Below are positions 35,575-46,324 of a stretch of DNA of 47,756 nucleotides, in pieces; the stretch's first letter is position 1, and every line of letters begins with the position of its first letter. The DNA is taken from IMG/VR virus record IMGVR_UViG_3300024232_000019, positions 1 to 47,756 of that record. One strand, given 5' to 3'. The position numbers and the translations under genes are program-made. The notes under the pieces are model-generated. The model worked only from the letters and a program-made list of their open reading frames with translations, searched no databases and was not told the DNA's origin. The DNA comes from a virus (lineage: Duplodnaviria > Caudoviricetes).

Positions 35575-37211
35575 TGGCCCTCCAGCCGGGGCCGGGTGGC
35601 CCGATCCCCAAGACAGCGGTGCTGACAGCGGCGGCAGCGGCGAAGCTGAATCCGAAGCCGAAGCCGAAGCCGACGGCTGTCGTGGTGAAGGCAAAGCCCC
35701 TCACCGTCAAGCAGCAGGCGATCCAGCAGGTGCAGGCGGTCAACCAGGCGAGCATGGCTCAGGTGAATCAGACGGCGGCGAAGGCGATGAAGGATGCGAA
35801 GGCGCAGGCGCAGCAGGCGCTCGGCTTCGAACACGCCCTGAACGAGATCACCCAGGGGGACGCCGGACGGATCTACGACGCCTACGGGAACGCCGCCGAC
35901 AAGGTGAGCGCCTACGGGAACCTCGCGCTCGCCTCCACCGGGGACTCTTCGCGCAGCGCCGCCGAGCAGGCGCAGAACTACCTGGCCTCGGTCGGCCCCG
36001 ACGTGGGGGCCGAGACACGCCCCGACATCGCCGGTGCGCTGCGGGCGCTGGGCGCGACGGCCGTGGGTGACGTGGCTGGCGACCTGGCATCGCAGGGCGC
36101 CTACGCGCAGGAGCGTGCTCGCCAGGTTCGCAACGCCCAGTTGATGCGGCTCTCGGACATCGGCGCGAACGCCATGTTCCAGGGCGCCGACAGGGCCGGT
36201 CAGCTTCGCTCCGACGAGCTTGCCCGTGCGTCCGGCTCCCGGCAGGCGGACGTGGACGCGGCGATCAGGGCGATCAACGAGGAGGGCCGCGCCAAGAAGA
36301 CGGAGATTCGCGCCGAGAAGGGCGAGACTCGCGCCCAGGCCGCCGAGAGGCGTGCCCAGGGCGAGTACGCCCGCGAAGGCACGCTGGCAACCAACACGGA
36401 GAAGCGGGCTGCCGCTGCGGAGGCCCGCGCCAAGGCGGAGGAAGGCCGCGCCGTGACGGGGGAGGAGCGTGCCGCAGACGACCAGCGCATGAAGGATCTG
36501 GCCTTCGATGTCGAGCTTCAGCAGAGGAAGGTGGATCTGGCGGCGGCGAAGCTCGCCAACGCCACGGGCGAGATCGCCAAGAAGAAGGCCCAGTTCGAAC
36601 TGGACAACGCACAGAAGGTGCTGGACGCCTCCCTGGCCCAGCAGTCGGCGGAGACGGCGGGGACGAGAGCGTCGACCGCCGGGACGGAGGCCACCACCGC
36701 AAACACGAAAGCGCAGACGGCGGCGACGAAGCTGGAGACGGCCATCGCCAAGAAGACCGGCGGCAAGACGCTCACCCCCTACGAGCAGGCCCAGATCATG
36801 CAGAGCGCCCACGACGAGGCGAAGGAGATGTTCAGCCCGCCCCCGCCGAAGAACCCGCTTGCGCCGAAGCCGCAGCGGACGAACTACAAGGACGCGATGA
36901 ACCGGCTGATGGGCAAGTACGGCCTGACGAAGATGGAGGCCACCAACGTCCTGGACGTGTACTACAAGACGCCGGGTGTGGACGGCCGTCCCGTCTTCGA
37001 CCCGGGCGAGCAGGCGCAACTGCTGAAGCTCGGCTTCACGAAAGCCGAGATCAACCAGGCATCCAACGGCTACGGCAAGGCGAAGCGGACGGGCGTGAGA
37101 GGCCCCGGGTACACCCTGTTCGAAAGGATGCTGGACAGGCTGGGCGGCGGCGGGAAATTCGGTGACGTGACGGGCGGGTCAATCTTTGGTGGCAACGGCC
37201 CGGGAGGCTAG
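35574..37211 (+). CDS. Putative internal virion/ejection protein
   Basis: Ala-rich coiled coil; podoviral synteny. Confidence 0.6.
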   Translation: MALQPGPGGPIPKTAVLTAAAAAKLNPKPKPKPTAVVVKAKPLTVKQQAIQQVQAVNQASMAQVNQTAAKAMKDAKAQAQQALGFEHALNEITQGDAGRIYDAYGNAADKVSAYGNLALASTGDSSRSAAEQAQNYLASVGPDVGAETRPDIAGALRALGATAVGDVAGDLASQGAYAQERARQVRNAQLMRLSDIGANAMFQGADRAGQLRSDELARASGSRQADVDAAIRAINEEGRAKKTEIRAEKGETRAQAAERRAQGEYAREGTLATNTEKRAAAAEARAKAEEGRAVTGEERAADDQRMKDLAFDVELQQRKVDLAAAKLANATGEIAKKKAQFELDNAQKVLDASLAQQSAETAGTRASTAGTEATTANTKAQTAATKLETAIAKKTGGKTLTPYEQAQIMQSAHDEAKEMFSPPPPKNPLAPKPQRTNYKDAMNRLMGKYGLTKMEATNVLDVYYKTPGVDGRPVFDPGEQAQLLKLGFTKAEINQASNGYGKAKRTGVRGPGYTLFERMLDRLGGGGKFGDVTGGSIFGGNGPGG

Positions 37212-37214
37212 GCC

Positions 37215-40200
37215 GTGGCCGCCCCCAGGCTGAACTTCGCAGACGAGGAGGAGAGGAGGAAGGAGGAGGAGCAGCGCAAGCGTGGCTACGTCCCCCCTCC
37301 CCCCCGGAAGCACTGGTCTTTCGATGACCTGGCGGCGGAGGAGAAGAAACGCCGCGCCCTTGCTCCGCCCGACCCGATCCGCGACCCGAAGAAGCACTCG
37401 ATCTTCTCCAACCTCTGGTCGGGGCTGGAGTCGATCCCGGGGGGTGTGAAAGACCAGGAGGAGACGCTTCGCCACGCCGTTGCGAGTGACATCGCCACGG
37501 GCCACGGTGCTTTCGGCCTTGTCTCCACGCCCGCCAGCATGATGGTGCAGGCGAGCAAGTACGTGATCACGGGCGACAAGAAGGACCTGGAGAAGCTGAA
37601 GAAGATGCCCCTGCGGCCGTGGGAGCATGAGCGCAGCGCTCTCGACAAGGCGGCCGAGCCAATCGTCAAGGAGAGCTACGAGACGACGCGGCGGGCGACC
37701 GGCACCCGGGGCCTCAAGAAGTTCGAAGAGATCTGGCACGACAACCCGGTGGCAGCCATCGGCGGGGTGGCGGTGCTCGCGCCCCCGGCCTTCCGCCTCG
37801 CCGGGATCACCAAGATGTCGAAGGCGATCAGGGCTGCCAACGAGGTCCCGCTGAAGGGCGGCGGCACCCGCAGGATGACGAAGACGGAGGCGGTGAAGGC
37901 CGCCACGGTCGAGACGTACTACCCGGGGTCGCTGGACAAGCTGGGTATCCAGGGCAGCCCGTTCACGCCCCGCTTCTCCGGGAGGCGGATCTCGCGCACC
38001 CCGACGGGACGCGCAGCCCAGAAGGCGTTCGACTGGGCGAGCGAGAAGATCGATGAGGGCGTCGGGGTCGGTGAGCGCAGGACGGGGCCGGACACGCCCC
38101 TCTCCAAGACCCGCCGGGAGGCGGCGGGCAAGCGCCGCGCCGACGACCTGAACCGCAGTCGCCTCGTCACGAACGCGATGCGTCACGTCTCTACTTTTGC
38201 CGACTACCTGAACGACGGCCTGGGGGAGCGGCTGGGCACCGCGTTCGGGCGCCGCAAGGAGACGCTGGCTGCCCGGGACGCTGCGGTGGGCGCCGCACTC
38301 CACGCCTCCACGGAGGTCGATCCGGTCGAGGCGGTCCGCCTTGCGGCGGAGGACACGAAGCAGATCCTCCAGTCCGGCAGGCGTGACGCCCACAACGGCG
38401 ACATCGGGGACGTGCCCCCGGACAAGCGTGAGGGCCAGACCGTCTATGTCAGCCACGGCATGGACGAGGAGGGCAACCCGCTCCGCGAGCAGGCCACGGT
38501 GACCGCCGACCACGGCGACCGGGTGACCGTCACCACCCCGGACGGCGGCGAGCGGACGATCCCGCACGCGAGAGCGCACCTGCTCGGCCCGAACGGGGAG
38601 GGGGACATCCCCCTGAACAAGGACGAAATCGCGATGCTGGAGCGTCGCTACGACCACCTGACCTACGCCCACGAAGAGTTGACCTCGGAGCCGCGCCTGG
38701 AAGCGAAGTTCCGTGCGGCCGTCCAGACGATGACCGATCTCGGCCAGATGAACGAGCAGCTTGGCGTCGACTATTTCACCCGGGGACTCGACCCGACCGG
38801 CTCGGAGGCGCTGGGGATCCGGGAGCGGCTCGACGCCCGCCGCAACCAGTTCCTCGGCCGCCTCGGTGGGGAGGGCGCCCAGATCGACTACTACTCGGGC
38901 CTCTGGGGCCAGCTTCAGAACGCGATGCAGAAGTCGGGCAAGTACACGGACGAGCAGCAGCTTGTGTTCATGTCGGTGCTCGACCGGCAGGCCCGGCTCT
39001 GGGCGAACGAGGTGGAGGGCCGCGACCCGGCCGACTACCTCGCCTCCCCGGAGGGGGCGAACCTGGGCGGGATCGACTTCTCCAACTCGGCCGACCTGGA
39101 GGCGACCGCCAACCGTTTCTTCCAGACCGAGGGCGAGCGCTTCTCTCTGGTGAAGCGCCTCACCACCGCCGTGATCAAGGCGGATCCGCAGGTGGGCGAT
39201 CTCGTCTCGACCCCGAAGGGAATGGGCTGGGTCAAGAACATCACCGACGTGTCGGAGCCGGACGGGCGGGTGGTGCGGATCGAGATGGCGGAGGGCGGGC
39301 ACGTCACCCGGGACTTCAACATCGGGGAGGTGCGCGTCTCCGAGTTCCCCTGGACGGGGCACCCCCAGCCGGACGACTACGTGATCACCCCCGACGGCCC
39401 GGGCCGGGTGGAGAGGACGGTGGAGGGGCCGGGGCCGGACTTCGACACCTTTTACGAGGTCACGCTGTTCGATGAGGTGAACGGCATGTTCGTGGACGGG
39501 GAGCGCAGGACCTTCGCGCCCGGCCAGGTGCAGCGGGTCGAGGATCCCCGCGACCTGGACAGCGAGGTCTTCCATCTCGCCTCCCAGCAGGCGCTCGGCA
39601 CTCCCGGCTTCCCGAAGAAGGCGACCTCGGAGCAGTACCTCAAGGAGTTGAGCAAGCAGGGCGTGAAGTCGGACGAGTTCTTCTGGATGGGCCTGTCACG
39701 CCGCCCGATCATGGAAGACCAGTTGCGGGCTGCGGAGGCCGAGGTGAAGGCGGTGGAGAAGAGGCTCGCGGCCGACCCCGGCCACGACGCCGTCTACGGC
39801 GCCGAGGAGCGCGACAGAGCGCTGCTGGAGGTTCAGCGGTGGCAGGCGATCCTGGCGGACTACACCGTCAACCCCGACCCGAATTTCATCCTGGACGCCA
39901 ACTGGACGACCGGCAGCTTCCCTGTCGCCGCCCTGGAGGATGCGGTCAAGAGCAGTTCCAACTTCCTCAACGTGAAGGAGACGCTCTACTCCTCGGAGGC
40001 GGGGAGCTACCAGTGGCGCGACAAGTGGGGGCCGAACCGTGACAGCGGCGACACCGACGGGGGCCTGATCATCCGCGAACCGCACTCCCGCGAGCCGTAC
40101 TACGAACTCGTCATGGCCCTGCCCGAGAGTGACCTCTACACCCACGGCCACTACACCCGCCACGGCAACGAGTCGCACCTGCTGCACATCCGCTTCCATG

Positions 40201-43200
40201 AGATCACCGACCTGGAGGGGAACAAGGCGCTCCTGATCGACGAGCTTCAGTCCGACTGGAACAACGTGGGGCGTTCGCATGGCTGGAAGGGACTGCTCTC
40301 CCCCCTGGACGAGCGCACCCTGCGCCATCTGCGCGACCGGGAGCGGCGAATCCTGGCAATCCGGCAGGCGTACCTCGACAGGCTCGGGGTCAACCACCAT
40401 CAGATCTTCGACTACTACGACAACGCGATGCGCGAAGCGCAGAGCCAGTTGAACAACGAGATCGACCAGCGCAACCAGGCCCGGTTCGATGCCAGGGAGG
40501 CGATGGGCCTCGACGTAGGTCCCACCCCGGACGACCCGAACGAGCCGCTCCTTTACGTCCACAGCAACAACGACGTTCCGGCGATCCGGCAGCGGGCGGA
40601 CGAGAACCACGTCGGTGATGCGACCTACCAGTCGATGATGGAGGCGCGGGACAAGGTGCTCTCCTACAACGAGCGGGCGACCGCTGCCCGCTCGGCGGCG
40701 GACTCCATCGAGGGAAGCTCCCACGGGACGAACCGTGGCCCGCTCGTCATGGGGGACGGGCCGAAGTACCTCGGCATGAAGCGGCTGATTCGCTGGGCTG
40801 CCGATCACGGGCAGACCCGGATCATCTGGGTGCGCGGCCATGAGCAGGGGGTGCGTTACAGCCTCTTCAATGATTTGCCGATCCAGGAGCGCCACGGGGC
40901 TAGCGGGGCAGGGGATCCCGAAGACCACGGCAACACCTTCTACTACCCCTACAACAACGAGATCATCGACGCGGGCGGTTACTACCAGGACATCGGCGGC
41001 AACACGGGCCTGTCCGAGGGCGTGTTGCAGGAGATGCGCAACGTCCCGCCGATGGAGGTGCGCTGGGACAACCCCGACCTCGATGAGGACTTCACGGGGG
41101 AGCAGTACATCCTGATCCCCCGGTCGAGCCTGAGGGAGAACCCGGGCCTCTCGGGGCAGACGATGCTCGGGCAGGAGGACGTTCTGCCTCCGCCCTACTC
41201 CAGCTACGGCGCCCCCCACCAGTTCCCCCGCTACGGCAAGGTGATCAGGGACGACGGCGAGACGATGCTGGTGAAGCCGCTCGACCCGGAATGGGATCCG
41301 GCCCGCCTCAGGGTGGACTTCCGGGGGGACACGGGCGAGAGCGACTACTCGCACTTCGACATCAACATCGTCAACCGCGCCGGGGTGTCGATCTTCAACG
41401 ACTCGGTCGACGGGCAGATCGGGCGCGACCTGGACAGCGTCCTTGCTGCGGTGGGGGACTCCTGGGAGCGGCAGATCCGCTACCGCTACATGGAGGGTGG
41501 GGATGCCGTCCCGGCCAACGTGGCCGCGAAGAATGCGGAGGTCGCCAAGATGTACGACACCCTGGATGCGTTGCGCGGGACGCCGCATGTGGGCAGCGAG
41601 TTCGAGCGCATGATCGACAACGCCGACCACGCGCTTGACGAGTACGCCTGGGACGATTACGTCGCTGAGCACGCGAGCGAATACGGCGACAGGGAGGCCG
41701 AGGGCGACTTCCGGGAGATCCGCGACCATGAAAGTCGCGGGCACCGCCGCATCCGCGAGCTACAGGCCGACCTGGCACGGGTGAAGGAGAAGCAGGCGCT
41801 CGACCGCGAGCGCGGCGTCGAGACGCAGGACTACGCCGCCCAGATCGAGGCGACTGAACGCGAGATCGCCTCTGCGAAGGAGTACCTCCCGAACAAGGGG
41901 CACTCCTACGGCTACGACGTGATGCTGCCGAAGATCGCGAAGGAGCTTCTGAAGCCCTACAAGAACGAGGCCGACATCAGTCCAGTCGAGTTGCAGCAGG
42001 AGGTCTACACCGGGCGCTACTCCTCGGAGACGCACGGGGTCATCACCAACGAGGGGCCGATGCACGGCTGGGTGATGAAGCTGCCGAAGAAGATGATCGA
42101 GGACGCGAAGGACACCCAGGGCCTCTTCCAGCGTGGCAACGACATCGTCAAGGGCGCCTCCACCTGGGTGGGCGGCCCGGAGGGGAAGCGCTTCATCGCA
42201 CTCACCGAGCACGCCGACTTCTCCACCCTGATGCACGAGTTCATCGGCCACGCCACCGAGGAGATGAAGCGCCGCTACCCGGAGCTGTGGGAGACGGTGG
42301 AGCGCGACATGGGCAAGCCGCTGGAGGACTGGAAGGTGGCCGACCATGAGCGGTTCGCCAAGTGGGTGGAGCGCTACTGGATGGAGGGCAAGGCCCCGTC
42401 GCCGGAACTGCACACGGTGATGAAGATGATCAAGGAGTGGATGAAGGGCGTGTACGCCTCGATCACCCAGCTTGGGCGCCCGATGCCGGACTCCACCAGG
42501 ATCCTGCTGAACCGCCACCTCGGCCAGGGCATCTCGGCCCGCCCCGGCGCCCGCGCCTACGTGCCGCACGTCTCCCAGTTCGACACGATGATGGACACCG
42601 CCCCGGGCGGCACCCGGTTGGCTGCCGGGGGCAACGTCGTCGGCGTCCCCCAGGTGGACAGGCGCAACTTCGGGGCGAGGCGCAACCGGGGGATCCTCTG
42701 GCAGTCCGGCGAGCTTGCCCTCTCGGCCCGCCCGATCATCGACCAGTACTTCCGGCGCACGAAGTTCATGGAGACGGAGGCGCTGCGGCAGGAGTTGTTC
42801 GATGAGGGCCACCCGCTGCCGAAGAACGGCAGGGCGCCCGAGGGGGCGTGGCTTGTGCGCAACCCACAGGCCGCCCCGGAGCGGCTGAGCGCCCGCAACA
42901 AGTCGAGGCTCTCCGAGGAGGACTTCAGCCGCCTGACCGGGGAGGGCGACACCCCGGAGGAGTTCGTCACGAAGATGGAGGAGATCCGCAAGGACCACTA
43001 CGCCGCCCCGGGCGAGCATCCCGAGTGGGCGAACGATCTGGAGAACGTGCGCTGGGTGGAGGCCGGGAAGATCAATCAGCGGATCCAGAACGTGTTCCCG
43101 ACCGCCCCTCGCGGCAGGGTGGCGGCGAGCGCAGGCTCCCTCAACACGATGGCGCGGCTGACCGGGATCTACCTGCGGCCCCTGCACTACCTCGTCGGCA

Positions 43201-44561
43201 ACATCCCCCAGAACGTGCTGATGGTGGCGCTGACGAACCCGTCCGCGCTCGTCAACTCGGCCAAGTACGGCGCCTACTCGTTCCTGCCCCGGGTGGTGCG
43301 GGAGCTAGGGATGCAGCCCCGCGACCTGTTCGCCCACGACCGCCACCTCTACAACCAGATCAAGACGGAGACGGGCGACATCCAGGCGGGGGCCGGTCTG
43401 CCGGACTTCTACACGATGGCGAACAACCGCTTCCAGAAGGGCGAGCGGCGCCTGAACAAGATCTCGCAGGGATCGGCGGAGAAGCTGGGAGAGCTAGCCG
43501 ACCAGCCTTACCGTGTCTCGGTCTGGATCGCACACGCGAAAGGCTACGGCTACAACACGCCGGACGAGTGGCGCGAGTTGCTCAACTCGGAGCGCGGCAC
43601 ACCGGAGGCGCGGATCCGGGACGACATCGCCCAGCAGACCCGCGAGGACATGATCGACTTCAACACGCTCTCGCCGGGGGAGCGCCAGAACGTGTCGCGC
43701 TTCTTCTACCTGTGGGCGTTCACCCGTGGCTTTGCCAAGTGGCCGCTCACCTTCGCCCGCGAGTACCCGGGCAGGACGGGCCTCGCCATGTTGCAGTCCG
43801 ACGCGAGCCAGACCGACGACAACGGCCTGCCGCTCTCCTGGCTGCCCGCCTCCGGGGTGCTGAAGTCGAACCAGCGGCCGGGGCAGGTCCGCGACCTCGG
43901 CTTCCTCGACCCGACCGGCGGCCTGCGCCAGCAGATCGAGACGGGCATCCAGTTGGCCCACGGCAACTTCCAGGGGATCGGGGGCATGACCACCCCGCCG
44001 CTGGAGACGGGCCTCCAGGCGATCACCGGGGGGCCTCGCGCCCCCAAGGGTGGTCTGCGCGGCCTGGCCGACCAGCTTGCCCGGGACGTGGTGCCCGGCT
44101 ACGACATCGGCAGGAAGGCGGCGACGCCGGGGCTGAGTCCGTCGGCGCGGGTGTCGCGGGCGCTCGACTTCAGCGACCGCTTCGGGGTGAAGCCGGAGAT
44201 CGGCCGGGGCAAGAACGCGGAGAAGAAGCGGCTGGAGGACGAGAAGATCCGCCGCGTGCTCCAGGGCGCCAACCGCATGGACGCGCTGCCGCTGGTGACG
44301 CAGCAGCAGGACGCCTACTGGCACCACAAGTACCTGGAGCAGCAGATCCGCTTCGGCGCCCAGGCCCGGCGTAAGGGCACGGCGCTGACCAATGAGGAGA
44401 AGCTGGTGATCCTGTACGCGACCGCCGCCGTCTACTTCCCGCAGGCGAACCTGCCGAAGCTGTCGGTGGCGCTGAAGGAGAGTGGGGCCTACCAGGAGGC
44501 GCTGCGCACGGCGCTCAGTGACTCGATGTTCGGGGCGAGGAATCAGGTGGTGAACGGATGA
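37215..44561 (+). CDS. 2448-aa multidomain internal virion (polyvalent-type) protein
   Basis: LIDELQSDW motif; STLMHEFIGH zincin-like motif. Confidence 0.7.
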   Translation: MAAPRLNFADEEERRKEEEQRKRGYVPPPPRKHWSFDDLAAEEKKRRALAPPDPIRDPKKHSIFSNLWSGLESIPGGVKDQEETLRHAVASDIATGHGAFGLVSTPASMMVQASKYVITGDKKDLEKLKKMPLRPWEHERSALDKAAEPIVKESYETTRRATGTRGLKKFEEIWHDNPVAAIGGVAVLAPPAFRLAGITKMSKAIRAANEVPLKGGGTRRMTKTEAVKAATVETYYPGSLDKLGIQGSPFTPRFSGRRISRTPTGRAAQKAFDWASEKIDEGVGVGERRTGPDTPLSKTRREAAGKRRADDLNRSRLVTNAMRHVSTFADYLNDGLGERLGTAFGRRKETLAARDAAVGAALHASTEVDPVEAVRLAAEDTKQILQSGRRDAHNGDIGDVPPDKREGQTVYVSHGMDEEGNPLREQATVTADHGDRVTVTTPDGGERTIPHARAHLLGPNGEGDIPLNKDEIAMLERRYDHLTYAHEELTSEPRLEAKFRAAVQTMTDLGQMNEQLGVDYFTRGLDPTGSEALGIRERLDARRNQFLGRLGGEGAQIDYYSGLWGQLQNAMQKSGKYTDEQQLVFMSVLDRQARLWANEVEGRDPADYLASPEGANLGGIDFSNSADLEATANRFFQTEGERFSLVKRLTTAVIKADPQVGDLVSTPKGMGWVKNITDVSEPDGRVVRIEMAEGGHVTRDFNIGEVRVSEFPWTGHPQPDDYVITPDGPGRVERTVEGPGPDFDTFYEVTLFDEVNGMFVDGERRTFAPGQVQRVEDPRDLDSEVFHLASQQALGTPGFPKKATSEQYLKELSKQGVKSDEFFWMGLSRRPIMEDQLRAAEAEVKAVEKRLAADPGHDAVYGAEERDRALLEVQRWQAILADYTVNPDPNFILDANWTTGSFPVAALEDAVKSSSNFLNVKETLYSSEAGSYQWRDKWGPNRDSGDTDGGLIIREPHSREPYYELVMALPESDLYTHGHYTRHGNESHLLHIRFHEITDLEGNKALLIDELQSDWNNVGRSHGWKGLLSPLDERTLRHLRDRERRILAIRQAYLDRLGVNHHQIFDYYDNAMREAQSQLNNEIDQRNQARFDAREAMGLDVGPTPDDPNEPLLYVHSNNDVPAIRQRADENHVGDATYQSMMEARDKVLSYNERATAARSAADSIEGSSHGTNRGPLVMGDGPKYLGMKRLIRWAADHGQTRIIWVRGHEQGVRYSLFNDLPIQERHGASGAGDPEDHGNTFYYPYNNEIIDAGGYYQDIGGNTGLSEGVLQEMRNVPPMEVRWDNPDLDEDFTGEQYILIPRSSLRENPGLSGQTMLGQEDVLPPPYSSYGAPHQFPRYGKVIRDDGETMLVKPLDPEWDPARLRVDFRGDTGESDYSHFDINIVNRAGVSIFNDSVDGQIGRDLDSVLAAVGDSWERQIRYRYMEGGDAVPANVAAKNAEVAKMYDTLDALRGTPHVGSEFERMIDNADHALDEYAWDDYVAEHASEYGDREAEGDFREIRDHESRGHRRIRELQADLARVKEKQALDRERGVETQDYAAQIEATEREIASAKEYLPNKGHSYGYDVMLPKIAKELLKPYKNEADISPVELQQEVYTGRYSSETHGVITNEGPMHGWVMKLPKKMIEDAKDTQGLFQRGNDIVKGASTWVGGPEGKRFIALTEHADFSTLMHEFIGHATEEMKRRYPELWETVERDMGKPLEDWKVADHERFAKWVERYWMEGKAPSPELHTVMKMIKEWMKGVYASITQLGRPMPDSTRILLNRHLGQGISARPGARAYVPHVSQFDTMMDTAPGGTRLAAGGNVVGVPQVDRRNFGARRNRGILWQSGELALSARPIIDQYFRRTKFMETEALRQELFDEGHPLPKNGRAPEGAWLVRNPQAAPERLSARNKSRLSEEDFSRLTGEGDTPEEFVTKMEEIRKDHYAAPGEHPEWANDLENVRWVEAGKINQRIQNVFPTAPRGRVAASAGSLNTMARLTGIYLRPLHYLVGNIPQNVLMVALTNPSALVNSAKYGAYSFLPRVVRELGMQPRDLFAHDRHLYNQIKTETGDIQAGAGLPDFYTMANNRFQKGERRLNKISQGSAEKLGELADQPYRVSVWIAHAKGYGYNTPDEWRELLNSERGTPEARIRDDIAQQTREDMIDFNTLSPGERQNVSRFFYLWAFTRGFAKWPLTFAREYPGRTGLAMLQSDASQTDDNGLPLSWLPASGVLKSNQRPGQVRDLGFLDPTGGLRQQIETGIQLAHGNFQGIGGMTTPPLETGLQAITGGPRAPKGGLRGLADQLARDVVPGYDIGRKAATPGLSPSARVSRALDFSDRFGVKPEIGRGKNAEKKRLEDEKIRRVLQGANRMDALPLVTQQQDAYWHHKYLEQQIRFGAQARRKGTALTNEEKLVILYATAAVYFPQANLPKLSVALKESGAYQEALRTALSDSMFGARNQVVNG

Positions 44562-45643
44562 AGGGCCTCCCTCCCGGCTGGCAGACGGACATCATCAAGG
44601 CCCTCGGGGGCCAGCACTCCGCCCCGGGGGAGCATCTCCTGGGTGCGTGGCAGCAGTGGGAGGGCGGCGGCACCGCGAACGACGCCGACTACAACCCGCT
44701 GAACACCACCATCGGCAGCTACCCGAAGATGAACTCGGTGGGCGTGTCCGTCTTCCCGAACTGGCAGACGGGGGTGAAGGAGACGGTCAGCACCCTGAGC
44801 GCGTACCCGGCGCTGTCGGAGGCGATCCGCACCGGACGGGTGGACTTCTCCGACCCGAAGCTCCAGGCAGACTTCAACTACTGGCTGACCGGGAAACGGA
44901 CTCCGGGCATGACCCCCTACGTGTCGAAGATCGCCCGCAGCTTCGGCCAGAACGTGCCGCTGTCGGAGACGAAGGCGACGACGAACTCCGCCTACGCCGC
45001 CCCCACGACCCCGCCGCCTCCGCCCGTGAAGGCAGCCGCAGCGAAGCCGATCAGCCTGATGGACATCGCGCTGGGCAAGAGGTCGATCATGGACATGTTC
45101 TTCCAGAAGCGGCCCTCGGCCACCACCCTGGAGAAGCCCGCGCTGCCCGCCTTCAGCGCCGAGGATGCGCTCACCGGGACGGAGGCGGGGCAGGGCGGAT
45201 GGACGGCGATGCCGACGAACAGCCAGTGGCAGGACATGAAGCCGGGCCAGTTCAAGGCGGGCTTGCCGGTGCCGAAGAACGGACTGCTTGAGATCCAGGG
45301 ACTCCATGACACCGGAGGTCTTCCCGGCTACCCGGCGCACGACTACATGGCGAGGGCGGGGACGCCCGTGGTCGCGCCGGTCGGCGGCAAGATCGTGAAG
45401 CTCTCCGGCCACGATCCGGCGCTTGGCCCGGTGGACGGCGTTCACGGCCCGTTCGGGCTTTCGCTCTACTTGCAGGGCACCGACGGCCGGACGTACTACA
45501 TGACCCATCTCGGCAGTCGTGACGTGCAGGACGGCCAGCGGATCGCACCGGGTCAGGTGCTCGGCACGGTCGGCAACTACGCCAAGTGGGGCGGCGCCGA
45601 TCACGTCCACATGGGCATCCACGACGGGGGCTTCGGCAGCTAG
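44558..45643 (+). CDS. Cell-wall hydrolase: lysozyme-like N-domain plus M23 peptidase
   Basis: WEGG...YNPLNTT; D..ARAGTPVVAP, YYMTHL, DHVHMG. Confidence 0.8.
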   Translation: MKGLPPGWQTDIIKALGGQHSAPGEHLLGAWQQWEGGGTANDADYNPLNTTIGSYPKMNSVGVSVFPNWQTGVKETVSTLSAYPALSEAIRTGRVDFSDPKLQADFNYWLTGKRTPGMTPYVSKIARSFGQNVPLSETKATTNSAYAAPTTPPPPPVKAAAAKPISLMDIALGKRSIMDMFFQKRPSATTLEKPALPAFSAEDALTGTEAGQGGWTAMPTNSQWQDMKPGQFKAGLPVPKNGLLEIQGLHDTGGLPGYPAHDYMARAGTPVVAPVGGKIVKLSGHDPALGPVDGVHGPFGLSLYLQGTDGRTYYMTHLGSRDVQDGQRIAPGQVLGTVGNYAKWGGADHVHMGIHDGGFGS

Positions 45644-45685
45644 CCACCGGCCGACCCCCCGGCTGGGGTCAGCCAGCGGATCCGT

Positions 45686-46219
45686 CTACGACTTGCTGGT
45701 GGTCACCTTCTTCTGCGAGCGCTGCTTCGGCTTCGCCTCGATGTCGCCCTCCTCCTTGTCGGAGGGAGGCAGCGAGTTGTCCACGAAGTCGTCCCAGCCG
45801 TGGCTGGTGCGCTCGGGCTTGCCGAGGATCTCGACGGGCGCGGCGCAGTGCGTGGCGTAGGCCATCGCCGGGGCCTGCACGTTCGTCAGTTCGGCGTAGC
45901 CGTCCTGCTCCTTGCCGAACGCAGGCTCGATCCCGGGGAACTGATGCGCGACGGTCGGCCACTCCGCGTCGAACTGCTCCTTGTTCACCATCACCGGGTT
46001 CCGCGCCTTCGCCTCGACGGAGGGATCCTCGGGCTGGCCCTCCGCTTCCTTGCGGGCGGCGTCCTCGGCCTCCTCCTTCGCCTTGCGCTGCTCCTCCAAT
46101 TCCTCCTCGCTGAGCGGGCGCGGCTCGGGCGAGGTGGCGGGCGGGCCGGGGTCGGGAACCAACTCCGACTCATCGACCTTCTCGACCTCGGCCTCCTCGA
46201 CCTTCTCTTCGTCCGACAT
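45686..46219 (-). CDS. Acidic hypothetical protein
   Basis: GAAGGAG RBS; E-rich N-terminus. Confidence 0.7.
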   Translation of the reverse strand: MSDEEKVEEAEVEKVDESELVPDPGPPATSPEPRPLSEEELEEQRKAKEEAEDAARKEAEGQPEDPSVEAKARNPVMVNKEQFDAEWPTVAHQFPGIEPAFGKEQDGYAELTNVQAPAMAYATHCAAPVEILGKPERTSHGWDDFVDNSLPPSDKEEGDIEAKPKQRSQKKVTTSKS

Positions 46220-46324
46220 GTCTCTCCTTCCGGGAGCGGGACTACCACCCGATGATAAGGGGGTGGGGTGACGAGCGCCCCCTACCCCTTCCTTCGGTTA
46301 TCCATCCCGTGCTAGGCTCTTCCC

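Noticed and set aside
37179-44374. Long antisense and alternate-frame ORFs (e.g. 37179-39575, 39696-41744, 42848-44374)
   Set aside because: Shadow ORFs expected from high-GC codon bias opposite or within a real gene
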